Source of the DNA: Stellaceae bacterium
Lineage (GTDB): Bacteria > Pseudomonadota > Alphaproteobacteria > ATCC43930 > CGMCC-115725
Reading direction: 5' to 3'
Assembly: GCA_035532935.1 (NCBI GenBank)
Contig: DATKQE010000075.1
Location: forward strand, 2,393 to 66,392
DNA: 64,000 bases
Notes under the pieces: model-generated
The model's database searches: none
Told to the model about the DNA's origin: nothing
The model's input: only the letters and a program-made list of their open reading frames with translations
Position numbers and translations under genes: made by a program
Shown here: one piece after another, positions 1 through 7,846 of the stretch
How positions within the stretch are numbered: position 1 is the first letter of the stretch
Layout of the letters: every line of letters starts with the position of its first letter

Positions 1-2
1 AT

Positions 3-1253
3 GTCAAGCCGCAAGCGGTCAGCGCCCGCATCGGCTCGCTCTATCACGAGCGCGAACGCGCCGCCTACGTGCTGACGGACGAGCTGCTCGCCAAGCATTT
101 CGCCGTCCTCGGCACCACCGGATCGGGCAAATCCTGCGCCGTCACGCTGATCCTGCGGTCGATCATCGCCGCCGATCCCTATGCCCATGTCGTCGTGCTC
201 GACCCGCACAACGAATACGCGGCGGCGTTCGGCGATCGCGCCGAGGCGATCAACATCGACAACCTACAACTGCCGTTCTGGCTGCTCGACCACGAGGAGG
301 CGGTCGAGGCGCTGGTGCGCGGCGGCACGCCCGAGGAGCAGCAATCGCAGGCGACCATCCTCAAGGAGGCGGTCACGCTGGCGCGGCGCAAATACGCCGG
401 CGACACGTCGACCAATTCCTGGATCACGGTCGATACCCCGGTGCCGTTCCGGGTCGGCGATCTATTGCAGATTCTCGACGAGGCGATGGGACGGCTCGAC
501 AAGGCCGACTCCTCCGCGCCCTATCTGCGGCTCAAGACGCGAATCGAATCGTTGAGCAACGACCGGCGCTTCGCCTTCATGTTCTCGCGCGTCGTCACGC
601 GCGATTCGCTGGGCGGCGTGATCAGCCGCCTGCTGCGCATCCCGGTCGGCAGCCGGCCGCTCACCATCATCGACCTGTCCGGCGTGCCGTCGGAGATCGT
701 CGATGTCGTGGTCTCGCTCTTATGCCGGATCACCTTCGACTTCGCACTCTGGGCCGAGCGCGAGCGCATGCCGCCGCTGCTGCTGGTGTGCGAGGAGGCG
801 CACCGCTACGTCCCCAACGATCCGAATAGCGGCCTCCTGTCGACGACGCGGTCGATCGCGCGCATCGCCAAGGAGGGCCGCAAATACGGCGTCTCGCTCG
901 GCCTCGTCACGCAACGCCCATCCGAGCTTTCGGTGAGCGCGCTGGCGCAATGCGGGACGCTGTTCGCGCTGCGCATGGGCAACGACCTCGATCAGCGCTT
1001 CGTCGCCAACGCGCTGCCCGAGGCGGCGCACGGCATGCTCGCGGCGCTGCCCGGCATGCGGCCGCAGGAAGCGATCGTGGTCGGCGAAGGCGTGCCGCTG
1101 CCGATGCGCATCCGCTTCGACGACCTCCCGCCCGACGCGCGCCCACGCAGCAAGAGCGCCGAGTTCTCCAAATCCTGGCGCGAGGATCTGGCCGGCACCG
1201 ACTTCGTCGACGAAGGCATCCGCCGCTGGCGCATGCAGATGCGTCAGACGTAG
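3..1253 (+). CDS. HerA-like (DUF87 / FtsK-HerA superfamily) P-loop ATPase, 5' end cut by the window edge
   Basis: The reading frame is open from nt 3 (VKPQAVSARIGSLYHERERAAYV precedes the listed GTG at 69). Walker A GTTGSGKS; Walker-B-like LLLVCEEAHRY; GRKYGVSLGLVTQRPSEL block typical of HerA/DUF87 ATPases. Confidence 0.8.
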   Translation, partial: VKPQAVSARIGSLYHERERAAYVLTDELLAKHFAVLGTTGSGKSCAVTLILRSIIAADPYAHVVVLDPHNEYAAAFGDRAEAINIDNLQLPFWLLDHEEAVEALVRGGTPEEQQSQATILKEAVTLARRKYAGDTSTNSWITVDTPVPFRVGDLLQILDEAMGRLDKADSSAPYLRLKTRIESLSNDRRFAFMFSRVVTRDSLGGVISRLLRIPVGSRPLTIIDLSGVPSEIVDVVVSLLCRITFDFALWAERERMPPLLLVCEEAHRYVPNDPNSGLLSTTRSIARIAKEGRKYGVSLGLVTQRPSELSVSALAQCGTLFALRMGNDLDQRFVANALPEAAHGMLAALPGMRPQEAIVVGEGVPLPMRIRFDDLPPDARPRSKSAEFSKSWREDLAGTDFVDEGIRRWRMQMRQT

Positions 1254-1260
1254 CGCGCCT

Positions 1261-1280
1261 GCCGCGTCGCCACACGCGGC
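1261..1280. terminator. GC hairpin in the 30-bp convergent gap (candidate bidirectional terminator, no U tract)
   Basis: GCCGCGT (1261-1267) pairs perfectly with ACGCGGC (1274-1280) around a 6-nt loop. It sits exactly between the stop codons at 1253 and 1284. Confidence 0.25.
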
Positions 1281-1283
1281 CCG

Positions 1284-1823
1284 TCACAGCCCATAGAGCG
1301 TCTGGAGGACGCAAAGCGCGCCCACGAGCACGCCCGCGGCTGTCTCCTGGCTCATCGCGCGGCCCCCGCCCCAACCTTCACGCAGCGCCCATTGCCGGAG
1401 GCTCAATTCGCAGCCGATCACGTGCCAGAGGCACGATCCCGCCGGCGAGGCGATGCCGCCCACGGCGGTCAGCGCGCGCCACACGCGGCGCCGTGCCTCG
1501 ACCTGCTGCTCGCTCAATTCGAGCCCGTGTCCCGCGCCTTGCGGCGGGCGGCGGAGATCGGGAGCGCCGAGGGGATCGAGCGACGCGCGCGCGAACTGGG
1601 CGCGGAAATCGTCGGCGGCCTGGCACATCGCCGGCGTGACCGAGCCCTGGCGCAGCATCCGGGCCAGCGTGTCGGCGCTGCGATAAGGCCGCGACGGATT
1701 TCCCGACTCGTCGGCGATGGCATGAGGCATGAGCGCGACATCACCGTGCCGCAGTCGCTCCAAGGTCGGGCCCGGCGCCGCCTTGGGCGGCCGGCCGCGC
1801 TTGCCGCCCGCCGCGCTTACCAT
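1284..1823 (-). CDS. DUF6456-like conserved alphaproteobacterial protein (mobile-element associated)
   Basis: Start taken at MVSAAGGKRGRPPK (ATG 1823). The C-terminal pattern RRRVWRALTAVGG...CLWHVIGCE...REGWGGGRAMSQE...LCVLQTLYGL resembles the DUF6456 family as I recall it. The ATG overlaps the stop of the upstream gene by 7 nt. The plus-strand ORF 1392-1922 looks like a GC shadow. Confidence 0.55.
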   Translation of the reverse strand: MVSAAGGKRGRPPKAAPGPTLERLRHGDVALMPHAIADESGNPSRPYRSADTLARMLRQGSVTPAMCQAADDFRAQFARASLDPLGAPDLRRPPQGAGHGLELSEQQVEARRRVWRALTAVGGIASPAGSCLWHVIGCELSLRQWALREGWGGGRAMSQETAAGVLVGALCVLQTLYGL

Positions 1824-2239
1824 GCCTCGTCCTCCGTCCCTGGCCGGCAGTGGAGCGCGGCGAGCGCATCGTCCGGCTCGGCCGCTTCGACGGGATCGGG
1901 CACGGCGCAGGCAGCGAGATAGGGCGGTGGCGGCGCGGCGCGATCGGCCGCGCGCGCCTGTGCCCGGGCGATGCGTGCAGCCGCTTCGGTGCCGGGTGCG
2001 ATGCGGCACAGCGCGCGATGGCGGGCGCAATAGGGCGAACGTGCCACCACCGGCGCGCCACAGGGACGCGGCCGATCGCCGCCGGAGCTCCCGTTACGTA
2101 TGTATGCGCAGCGCTCGCGTTTTTTGAACTTTGAGTTGAGTCCGCCTGGATCGATCGTGACAAATTCGGGAATTTGGCCTAATGTTCTTGAATTGTTCTC
2201 ATCGTGGGACGACGCGTCATGACCAGTGCTCTGGACCAT
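1817..2239 (-). CDS. Small Cys-motif protein resembling the GcrA C-terminal region
   Basis: C-x-many-CG-x9-YCxxH pattern (ERCAYIRNGSSGGDRPRPCGAPVVARSPYCARHRALC). Start chosen at MVQSTGH (ATG 2239), preceded by GGAGA 8 nt upstream. The N-terminal half is lower in GC. Translationally coupled to 1284-1823. Confidence 0.45.
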   Translation of the reverse strand: MVQSTGHDASSHDENNSRTLGQIPEFVTIDPGGLNSKFKKRERCAYIRNGSSGGDRPRPCGAPVVARSPYCARHRALCRIAPGTEAAARIARAQARAADRAAPPPPYLAACAVPDPVEAAEPDDALAALHCRPGTEDEAW

Positions 2240-2324
2240 TTTCCGATCTCCCCGGGAGAGGTCGCGCCTTGCCGAGCAAACGCAACAGACCGTAAATGTA
2301 CGTTTAATACGTTCGTTCGTCAAG

Positions 2325-2340
2325 GGCAAACGCGTTTGCC
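2325..2340. promoter_or_regulatory. Perfect 16-bp palindrome GGCAAACGCGTTTGCC in the divergent intergenic region (candidate operator)
   Basis: The sequence is its own reverse complement. It lies 32 bp upstream of the repressor ATG (2372). Direct TACGTT repeats at 2299-2304 and 2308-2313 lie next to it. Confidence 0.4.
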
Positions 2341-2371
2341 GTGGCCGGGCCTTCGCGGTTACACTGGAGTC

Positions 2372-3049
2372 ATGGCCGACGCCTCGCCCGCCGCCCGCAA
2401 GCTCAAACTGCTGCGACAGCGTGCCGGGTTGTCAATCCGCGAGGTCGCCCACGCCCTCGGCATGGAACACGGCTCGAGCTACCAGCATTACGAGGATCGG
2501 TTCCGCAAGGCGCATCTGCCTCTCGACCTGATGCGCAAGCTGGCGCCGATCTTCGCCAAAGGCGGGGTCGAGGCGTCGGAACTCCTGGCCTTGGCGGGAA
2601 TTGACGGCCGCAGCGGCGGTGGCGACGGTGGAAACATGCTCCGCATCGAGGAACTCGATGTGCGCGCCAGCGCCGGCGCGGGGCTCGTGGGCGGCGAGGA
2701 GCGCATCGTTGCCCAGTGGCAGGTTCCGACCGAAATCGTGCGCGGCTACAGCACCGCGCCGGCCTCCGAATTGCGCATCATCACCGTGATAGGCGACAGC
2801 ATGGAGCCGGCGCTGCTGCCGGGTCAGCGCGTGCTCGTCGACACCGGCGACCGCCTGCCCAGCCCGCCCGGAATCTTCGTCGTCTGGGACGGGCTTGGCC
2901 TCGTCGTGAAGCGTATCCAGGCGCTCCCCCACAGCGAGCCGCCCCGGGTCAAGATCACCTCGGACAACGCCAAATACGATCCGTATGAACGCACGCTGGA
3001 GGAGGCCTACATCCAGGGCCGAGTCATCGGCCAATGGCGCTGGCTGTGA
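2372..3049 (+). CDS. CI/LexA-type repressor: XRE HTH plus S24 self-cleaving peptidase domain
   Basis: N-terminal HTH (LRQRAGLSIREVAHALGM). Ala-Gly candidate cleavage site (SAGAGL). Catalytic Ser in GDSMEP and Lys in VVKRI. ATG 2372 is preceded by TGGAG. Confidence 0.85.
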   Translation: MADASPAARKLKLLRQRAGLSIREVAHALGMEHGSSYQHYEDRFRKAHLPLDLMRKLAPIFAKGGVEASELLALAGIDGRSGGGDGGNMLRIEELDVRASAGAGLVGGEERIVAQWQVPTEIVRGYSTAPASELRIITVIGDSMEPALLPGQRVLVDTGDRLPSPPGIFVVWDGLGLVVKRIQALPHSEPPRVKITSDNAKYDPYERTLEEAYIQGRVIGQWRWL

Positions 3050-3121
3050 CGATGAAACGCATATAGCGTTGGTTTTGAATGCTTAATACATACGTTCTCC
3101 CCAGCCCCTCGCGCGGCAGCT

Positions 3122-3889
3122 TCAGAACGAGGCGCTGAGCCCGCCGTCCACCGTCAGCACGTGGCCGTTGACATAGGAGGCCGACGCCGACGCCAGGAAC
3201 AGCGCCGCGCTGCCGATCTCCGCCGGCTCACCCCAGCGTCGGAGTGGGCAGCGCCGCGCCAGAAACGCCGCCACCTCCGGATCCGCCGCCATATCGCGAT
3301 TGGCCTCGGTGCGGAAATATCCCGGCGCGATGGCGTTGGCGGTCACGCCGCAGGGCCCGTATTCCACCGCGAGTGCGCGCACGAGCGCCGCCAACCCGCC
3401 CTTGGCCGCGGTATAGGCGGCATCGCCCGCGCGCGCGATCGGCCCCGCGACCGAGGTGAGGAAGACGATCCGTCCCCATCCCGCCGGCAGCATCAGTGCG
3501 AGCGCCGCCTTGGCGAGCGCGAAATTCGCGGCGAGATTGACATCGATCACGTGGCGGAAATCGTCGAGCGATAGCGCCGCGACCGGGGCGCGCCGGCGCA
3601 GGCCCGCCGCGCCAACGAGAATGTCGAGCCGCCCGTGCTCGGCGGCGAGCCGCGCGAACGCGGCGGCGACGCCATCGGCGTCGGCGATATCGAAGGGAAG
3701 CGGCAGCGCGGCGATCCGTTCCGCCGCGAGCCGCGCCCGCGCCGCATCGAGCGCCGCCGCGTCGCGTCCGCCGAGCCGCAACGCGGCCCCCGCCTGACCG
3801 AGGCTGCGCGCGATCTCGAAGCCGAGACCGCGCGCCGCCCCGGTGACCAGCGCCACCCGTCCGTCGAGGGAGAAGGGATGCTCCGCCAT
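3122..3889 (-). CDS. SDR-family oxidoreductase (gluconate-5-dehydrogenase-like)
   Basis: TGAARGLG cofactor motif; YTAAK catalytic Tyr/Lys; 255 aa, the classical SDR length. Confidence 0.9.
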   Translation of the reverse strand: MAEHPFSLDGRVALVTGAARGLGFEIARSLGQAGAALRLGGRDAAALDAARARLAAERIAALPLPFDIADADGVAAAFARLAAEHGRLDILVGAAGLRRRAPVAALSLDDFRHVIDVNLAANFALAKAALALMLPAGWGRIVFLTSVAGPIARAGDAAYTAAKGGLAALVRALAVEYGPCGVTANAIAPGYFRTEANRDMAADPEVAAFLARRCPLRRWGEPAEIGSAALFLASASASYVNGHVLTVDGGLSASF

Positions 3890-4043
3890 GCCGCCCGCGC
3901 CCCATGAATTGCCGCTCCCATCCTACCAGCCCGCCGCCGCGGCGCAGCAGGTTCTCCCTGCGCCGCGATCTCGGCTAGACTGCGGCAAACGATCCGGTGC
4001 GGCCGCACCGGATCGAAACACGGCATCAAAGGGAGGTTGCACC

Positions 4044-5027
4044 ATGGCGCGATCGGGATGGTGGAGCGGCTTCGTCGGCCTGGTTCTGGGCGTGGGGATC
4101 GTGCTCTGTTTCGGCGGCGGGCATGCACGCGCCGAGGCGACGCTCCGGGTCGGCAAGGCGATCGCCGGGCCGTTCGACTTCACGCCGCTCGATATCGGCA
4201 TGGCGCAAGGATTTTTTAAGCGCCACGGACTTGCGATCGAAGAGGTGAATTTCGCCGGCAGCGCCAAGCTGCAGCAGGGCCTCGCCGCCAATGCCGTCGA
4301 TATCGGCCTCGGCTCCGGGCCGGAGCTGGGCTTCGTCGCCAAGGGCAACAGCGATCTCGGCGTCGCGGCTTTCGCGGGGCCGCCCGACGGCCTCGTCCTG
4401 GTCGTGCGCAGCGGCGCGCCGATCCACACGCTCGCCGATCTCAAGGGCAAGAGGATCAGCGTCTCCACCGTCGGGGGTCTCACCGATTGGTTGGTGCGTG
4501 AACTTTCGCGCCGCCAGGGCTGGGGGCCCGACGGCATCGACGTGGTCGCGCTCGGCACCGACCAGGCGCAGATCGCGGCGATGCGGACGGTGGAAGTGGA
4601 CGGCATGCCGCTCGATGTCGCCTCGGCGGCGCTGCTCGAACAGCACGGGGCGGTTCGCATCCTCCTGCCTTTCGGCAGCGTGGTGCGGGATTTCATCAAC
4701 CACGTCACGTTCGCAACCGACGCGATCATGAAAACGCATCCCCACGAGGTGCGCGAATTCCTCGCCGCCTGGTTCGAGACGGTGAAATGGATGCGCCACA
4801 ACAAGGACGAAACCGTCAAGATCGCGGCGCCGGTGATGGGCAAGCCGCCGGCAATCGCCGCCAAGGCCTATGACATCGTCATGCCGTCGCTGTCGGATAC
4901 CGGCCGGTTCGATCCCAAGGGGCTCGAGACGCTCGCGCGCTCCTTCGTCGACATGAAAATCTTTCCGCAGGCGCCCGACATGACGAAGCTCTACACGGAA
5001 AAATTCCTGCCCGGCGCAACCAACTGA
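4044..5027 (+). CDS. Periplasmic ABC substrate-binding protein (NMT1/NitT-TauT-like), orphan with no adjacent permease or ATPase
   Basis: ATG 4044 follows GGGAGG. Signal peptide WWSGFVGLVLGVGIVLCFGGGHARA. SBP-like repeats (VDIGLGSGPEL, LKGKRISVS). Confidence 0.8.
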   Translation: MARSGWWSGFVGLVLGVGIVLCFGGGHARAEATLRVGKAIAGPFDFTPLDIGMAQGFFKRHGLAIEEVNFAGSAKLQQGLAANAVDIGLGSGPELGFVAKGNSDLGVAAFAGPPDGLVLVVRSGAPIHTLADLKGKRISVSTVGGLTDWLVRELSRRQGWGPDGIDVVALGTDQAQIAAMRTVEVDGMPLDVASAALLEQHGAVRILLPFGSVVRDFINHVTFATDAIMKTHPHEVREFLAAWFETVKWMRHNKDETVKIAAPVMGKPPAIAAKAYDIVMPSLSDTGRFDPKGLETLARSFVDMKIFPQAPDMTKLYTEKFLPGATN

Positions 5028-5252
5028 TCAGATCGGCTCGGCCAGGGACGCGTTGGTCCGCGCCACGACACCGACCGGCTCGGCATCATTCGTTCCCGGG
5101 TGGCGGTCCCACAGCGCCATCTGGTGGGAAGCCTCGACCACCATGCGGCAGCGCGTATAACGCCGCGCCATGAAGCGTTCGAGCGCCGCCGCCAGCGTCA
5201 TGCCGGCGACGCCGCCGCCCACCACCATTAGGACATTCCGAACCGCCGGCAT
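5028..5252 (-). pseudogene. 74-codon remnant of an FAD/NAD(P)-binding oxidoreductase (Rossmann beta-alpha-beta only)
   Basis: VLMVVGGGVAGMTLAAALE (GxGxxG) then RMVVEAS, after which the ORF ends. It keeps a good SD (GGAGG 6 nt upstream of ATG 5252). Its stop abuts the convergent SBP stop with a 0-bp gap. Confidence 0.3.
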
Positions 5253-5285
5253 GCCCGTCCTCCCGAAGCCGCGACCGCCCCCGCG

Positions 5286-6176
5286 TCAGCGAAAATAGAG
5301 CCGCGCCGGATTGTCGACCAGGATGCGATGGAAGGTCGCTTCATCGCCCGCTGCGGCGGCGAGGAGGTCGAGAAGATGGCCGGCATCGAGGTCGCGATAG
5401 ACCGCCGCGGGTGGCTCGGCCGTCGCCGGTCCGGCCCGATCGCCGATATGCGGCCAATCGGTGCCCCAGACGAGATTGTCGCGATTGGCCGCAATGAGCG
5501 CGCGGGCGATCGGCGTCGCGTCGGCAAAGCCCGGCGCCGCATCCGAGACGCGATAGGCGCCGGCGAGCTTGACCCAGCATTGGCCCGAACCGAGCAGATC
5601 GAGGAGCGTACGGAATCCGTCCTGCGCCAGGCCGGGCGCAGCCCTCGCCCCGCCCATGTGGTCGAGCACCACCGGCACCGGCGCGGCGCGGATCGCCTCG
5701 GCCGCCGCCGCGATGAGCGGCAGATCGGCATAGATCTGGACATGCCAGCCGAGCGGCATCAGGCGTTCGCCGATGCGCACGAGCCGGCGCTGCAGCGCGG
5801 CGGCATCGCCGTCGCCGAGCGTCTTCAGGTTGAACCGGATGCCGCGGACGCCGGCCGCATGGAGCGCGTCGAGCGCGGTCGCGGGCGCATCCTCGTCGAT
5901 GACGGCGATGCCGCGCGCGGCCGCGCCCATCTCCTGCAACGCATCGACCATGCAGCGATTGTCGGTGCCATAGGCGCTCGGCTGTACCAGCACGACGCGC
6001 GCAACGCCGAGCCGGGCCGCGAGCGCGCGCCATTGCGCCAGCAGCGCCGGCAGCGGCGTATAGGCGCGCCGCGCCGCCGGCGGATAGCGTTCGACCGTGC
6101 CGAAGACGTGCATATGGCAGTCGCAGGCACCTTCCGGCACGGCGTAGCGCGGCGTTGTCATCGCTGCCGGATCCAT
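5286..6176 (-). CDS. Amidohydrolase_2-family TIM-barrel metallo-hydrolase (LigI / 2-pyrone-4,6-dicarboxylate lactonase-like)
   Basis: PEGACDCHMHVF...YP...VVLVQPSAYGTDN...LDHMGG...WGTDWPH pattern. Start at MDPAAM (ATG 6176), 11 nt after the upstream stop. The listed 681-aa ORF is a GC-driven over-extension. Confidence 0.8.
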   Translation of the reverse strand: MDPAAMTTPRYAVPEGACDCHMHVFGTVERYPPAARRAYTPLPALLAQWRALAARLGVARVVLVQPSAYGTDNRCMVDALQEMGAAARGIAVIDEDAPATALDALHAAGVRGIRFNLKTLGDGDAAALQRRLVRIGERLMPLGWHVQIYADLPLIAAAAEAIRAAPVPVVLDHMGGARAAPGLAQDGFRTLLDLLGSGQCWVKLAGAYRVSDAAPGFADATPIARALIAANRDNLVWGTDWPHIGDRAGPATAEPPAAVYRDLDAGHLLDLLAAAAGDEATFHRILVDNPARLYFR

Positions 6177-6187
6177 CGCTGCATCGC

Positions 6188-6538
6188 CTAATCGACGGCG
6201 ACGAAGATGCAATGGCGGAGCTTGCCGTCCACCGCCTTGGAGAGATGGCCCTTGCCGGTCGTGTCCTCGACCAGGATGACCTCGCCCGCGCCGATGATGC
6301 GGCTTTCGCCGTCGCTCGCGGTGATCTGGACGCCGGCGTCGAGATTGATGATGTATTGCCGCCGCGGCGCGGGATGCCAGTCGAGATCGTAAACGGGCGG
6401 CACCTGGCGGAAGATGATCCCGGTCGCGGGCAGGCGCCGGGAGAGACGACCGCCCCGCGTCTCCTCGGCCCATTCGACCTCGATGTCGCGGAAATGCGTC
6501 TCGCCCTTGGCGTCGGCGTAGAGATTGTGGATGCGCAT
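6188..6538 (-). CDS. Small single-domain cupin protein
   Basis: 116 aa with beta-rich cupin-like sequence (IFRQVPPVYDLDWHPAPRRQYIINL...GEVILVED). Sits inside a tightly spaced minus-strand operon. Confidence 0.7.
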   Translation of the reverse strand: MRIHNLYADAKGETHFRDIEVEWAEETRGGRLSRRLPATGIIFRQVPPVYDLDWHPAPRRQYIINLDAGVQITASDGESRIIGAGEVILVEDTTGKGHLSKAVDGKLRHCIFVAVD

Positions 6539-6559
6539 CGGTCGGTTCCTCTGCGGCGG

Positions 6560-7807
6560 CTACATCTGTTCGGGCGGCAGCACGCCGAGCACGGCGGCGC
6601 CGTAATGCGATCCGGCGGCGTCCCACGAGCAGGCAATGTGCTGGCCGACCGCATGGGCATCGCGCCATTGCCGCTGGATCGGATTGCCGGCAGCGAGGCC
6701 GCCGCCGCCGAGCAGCGGAAACACGCCCTGCACCGCCTCGAGAAAAAGCAGCGAGGCGAAGCCCGCATCGCGGCGATAGCGCACGCGATGCTCGGGCCCG
6801 AGCGGCAGTCCGGCGCGGGCGCGCGCGTTCATCTCCACGCAATTGGTGCGGATCAGCACGCGCGCCGCATCGGCCGAGGCCGCGGCGCGCGCGATGCGAA
6901 GCTGTGCGCTTTGGAGGGCCGCCATGCGCAGATGCATCGTCGCGGTCGAGCGGACCTTCAACTGCTCGATGACGAGTTCGACCGCGCCGATGGCCGCGCC
7001 GATACCGACGCCGACGAGGTTGTAGGGGAACACGCCGAAGAGCGGCAGGCGGTAGATGTGGCAGGGATTGATGGCGCTGCCGGGCGTCGGGCCGCCGGCG
7101 CATTCGCTTGCCTTGAGCGTGTGCGCGTCGGGGATGAACACGTCGCGCAGGACGATGTCGTTGCTGCCGGTGCCGGCGAGCCCGCTCACGAACCACACGT
7201 CCTCGATCGCGGCCTCGTCGAGCGGCACCAGCGCGAATTGCCGCTCGGGCGGTCCCTTGCCGTCGGCGGCAGGGATCGGCGTCGCAATCACCGCCCATTG
7301 GCACAGCTCGACGCCGCTCGAGAATTTCCACCGCCCCGCGACGCGCCAGCCGCCGGTCGCGCGCTCGATGCGGTAATCGCCCGGCGGCTGGAACGCACTG
7401 GCGATGAGCGTGCCGGCATCATCGCCCCAGATGCGCTCCTGCACCGCCGGCGGGAACATGCCGGCGATCCAGGCATGGCAGGCGGTGATCGAGGCGATCC
7501 AGCCGCTCGAGGCGCAGCCCATCGCCAGCTCGACCGACATCTCGGTCTGGGTACCGTAGTCGAGCTCGAACCCGCCATAGCGCGCCGGCTGGAGAATGCG
7601 ATAGAATCCGGACTCGATGAATTCGTGGTGCGTTTCCGCAGGAATGCGGCGCCGTTCCTCGGTGCGCTGCGCCCGCTCCCGCAGCCGCGGCATCATCGTG
7701 CGCGCCTGCGCGACGATGCTTTCGGCGGTGACGGCGCCCGCATTCGATGACGCGTTCGCAGCCGCTTCCATCGGTTCCGTCCTGTCGCCAAGGCCCGGAG
7801 CATTCAA
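6560..7807 (-). CDS. Acyl-CoA-dehydrogenase-fold flavin-dependent monooxygenase, oxygenase component (HsaA/C2-HpaH-like)
   Basis: RRIPAETHHEFIESGFYRILQPARYGGFE...SGLAGTGSNDIVLRDVFIP... matches this family. Listed start is TTG 7807; ATG 7771 (MEAAAN) is an alternative. Confidence 0.8.
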   Translation of the reverse strand: MNAPGLGDRTEPMEAAANASSNAGAVTAESIVAQARTMMPRLRERAQRTEERRRIPAETHHEFIESGFYRILQPARYGGFELDYGTQTEMSVELAMGCASSGWIASITACHAWIAGMFPPAVQERIWGDDAGTLIASAFQPPGDYRIERATGGWRVAGRWKFSSGVELCQWAVIATPIPAADGKGPPERQFALVPLDEAAIEDVWFVSGLAGTGSNDIVLRDVFIPDAHTLKASECAGGPTPGSAINPCHIYRLPLFGVFPYNLVGVGIGAAIGAVELVIEQLKVRSTATMHLRMAALQSAQLRIARAAASADAARVLIRTNCVEMNARARAGLPLGPEHRVRYRRDAGFASLLFLEAVQGVFPLLGGGGLAAGNPIQRQWRDAHAVGQHIACSWDAAGSHYGAAVLGVLPPEQM

Positions 7808-7846
7808 CCCGCATTCCGGCGGGGGTGCAAGGCTCCGCCGCAGCGC

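Noticed and set aside
179-2163. Multiple overlapping 60-250-aa ORFs on both strands within and after the HerA gene (for example 950-1639 +, 907-1374 -, 1392-1922 +, 1741-2163 -).
   Set aside because: They overlap better-supported genes in other frames, are dominated by Arg/Ala/Pro/Gly runs, and lack motifs or SD-linked starts.
2096-3095. A 10-bp perfect inverted repeat, ACGTATGTAT (2096-2105) and ATACATACGT (3086-3095), bracketing the switch region and repressor gene. It could be read as terminal inverted repeats or att-like ends.
   Set aside because: The match does not extend beyond 10 bp. The left copy lies inside the GcrA-like coding sequence. Comparing two roughly 1-kb AT-richer stretches gives about one 10-mer match by chance. 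No transposase or target-site duplication is present.
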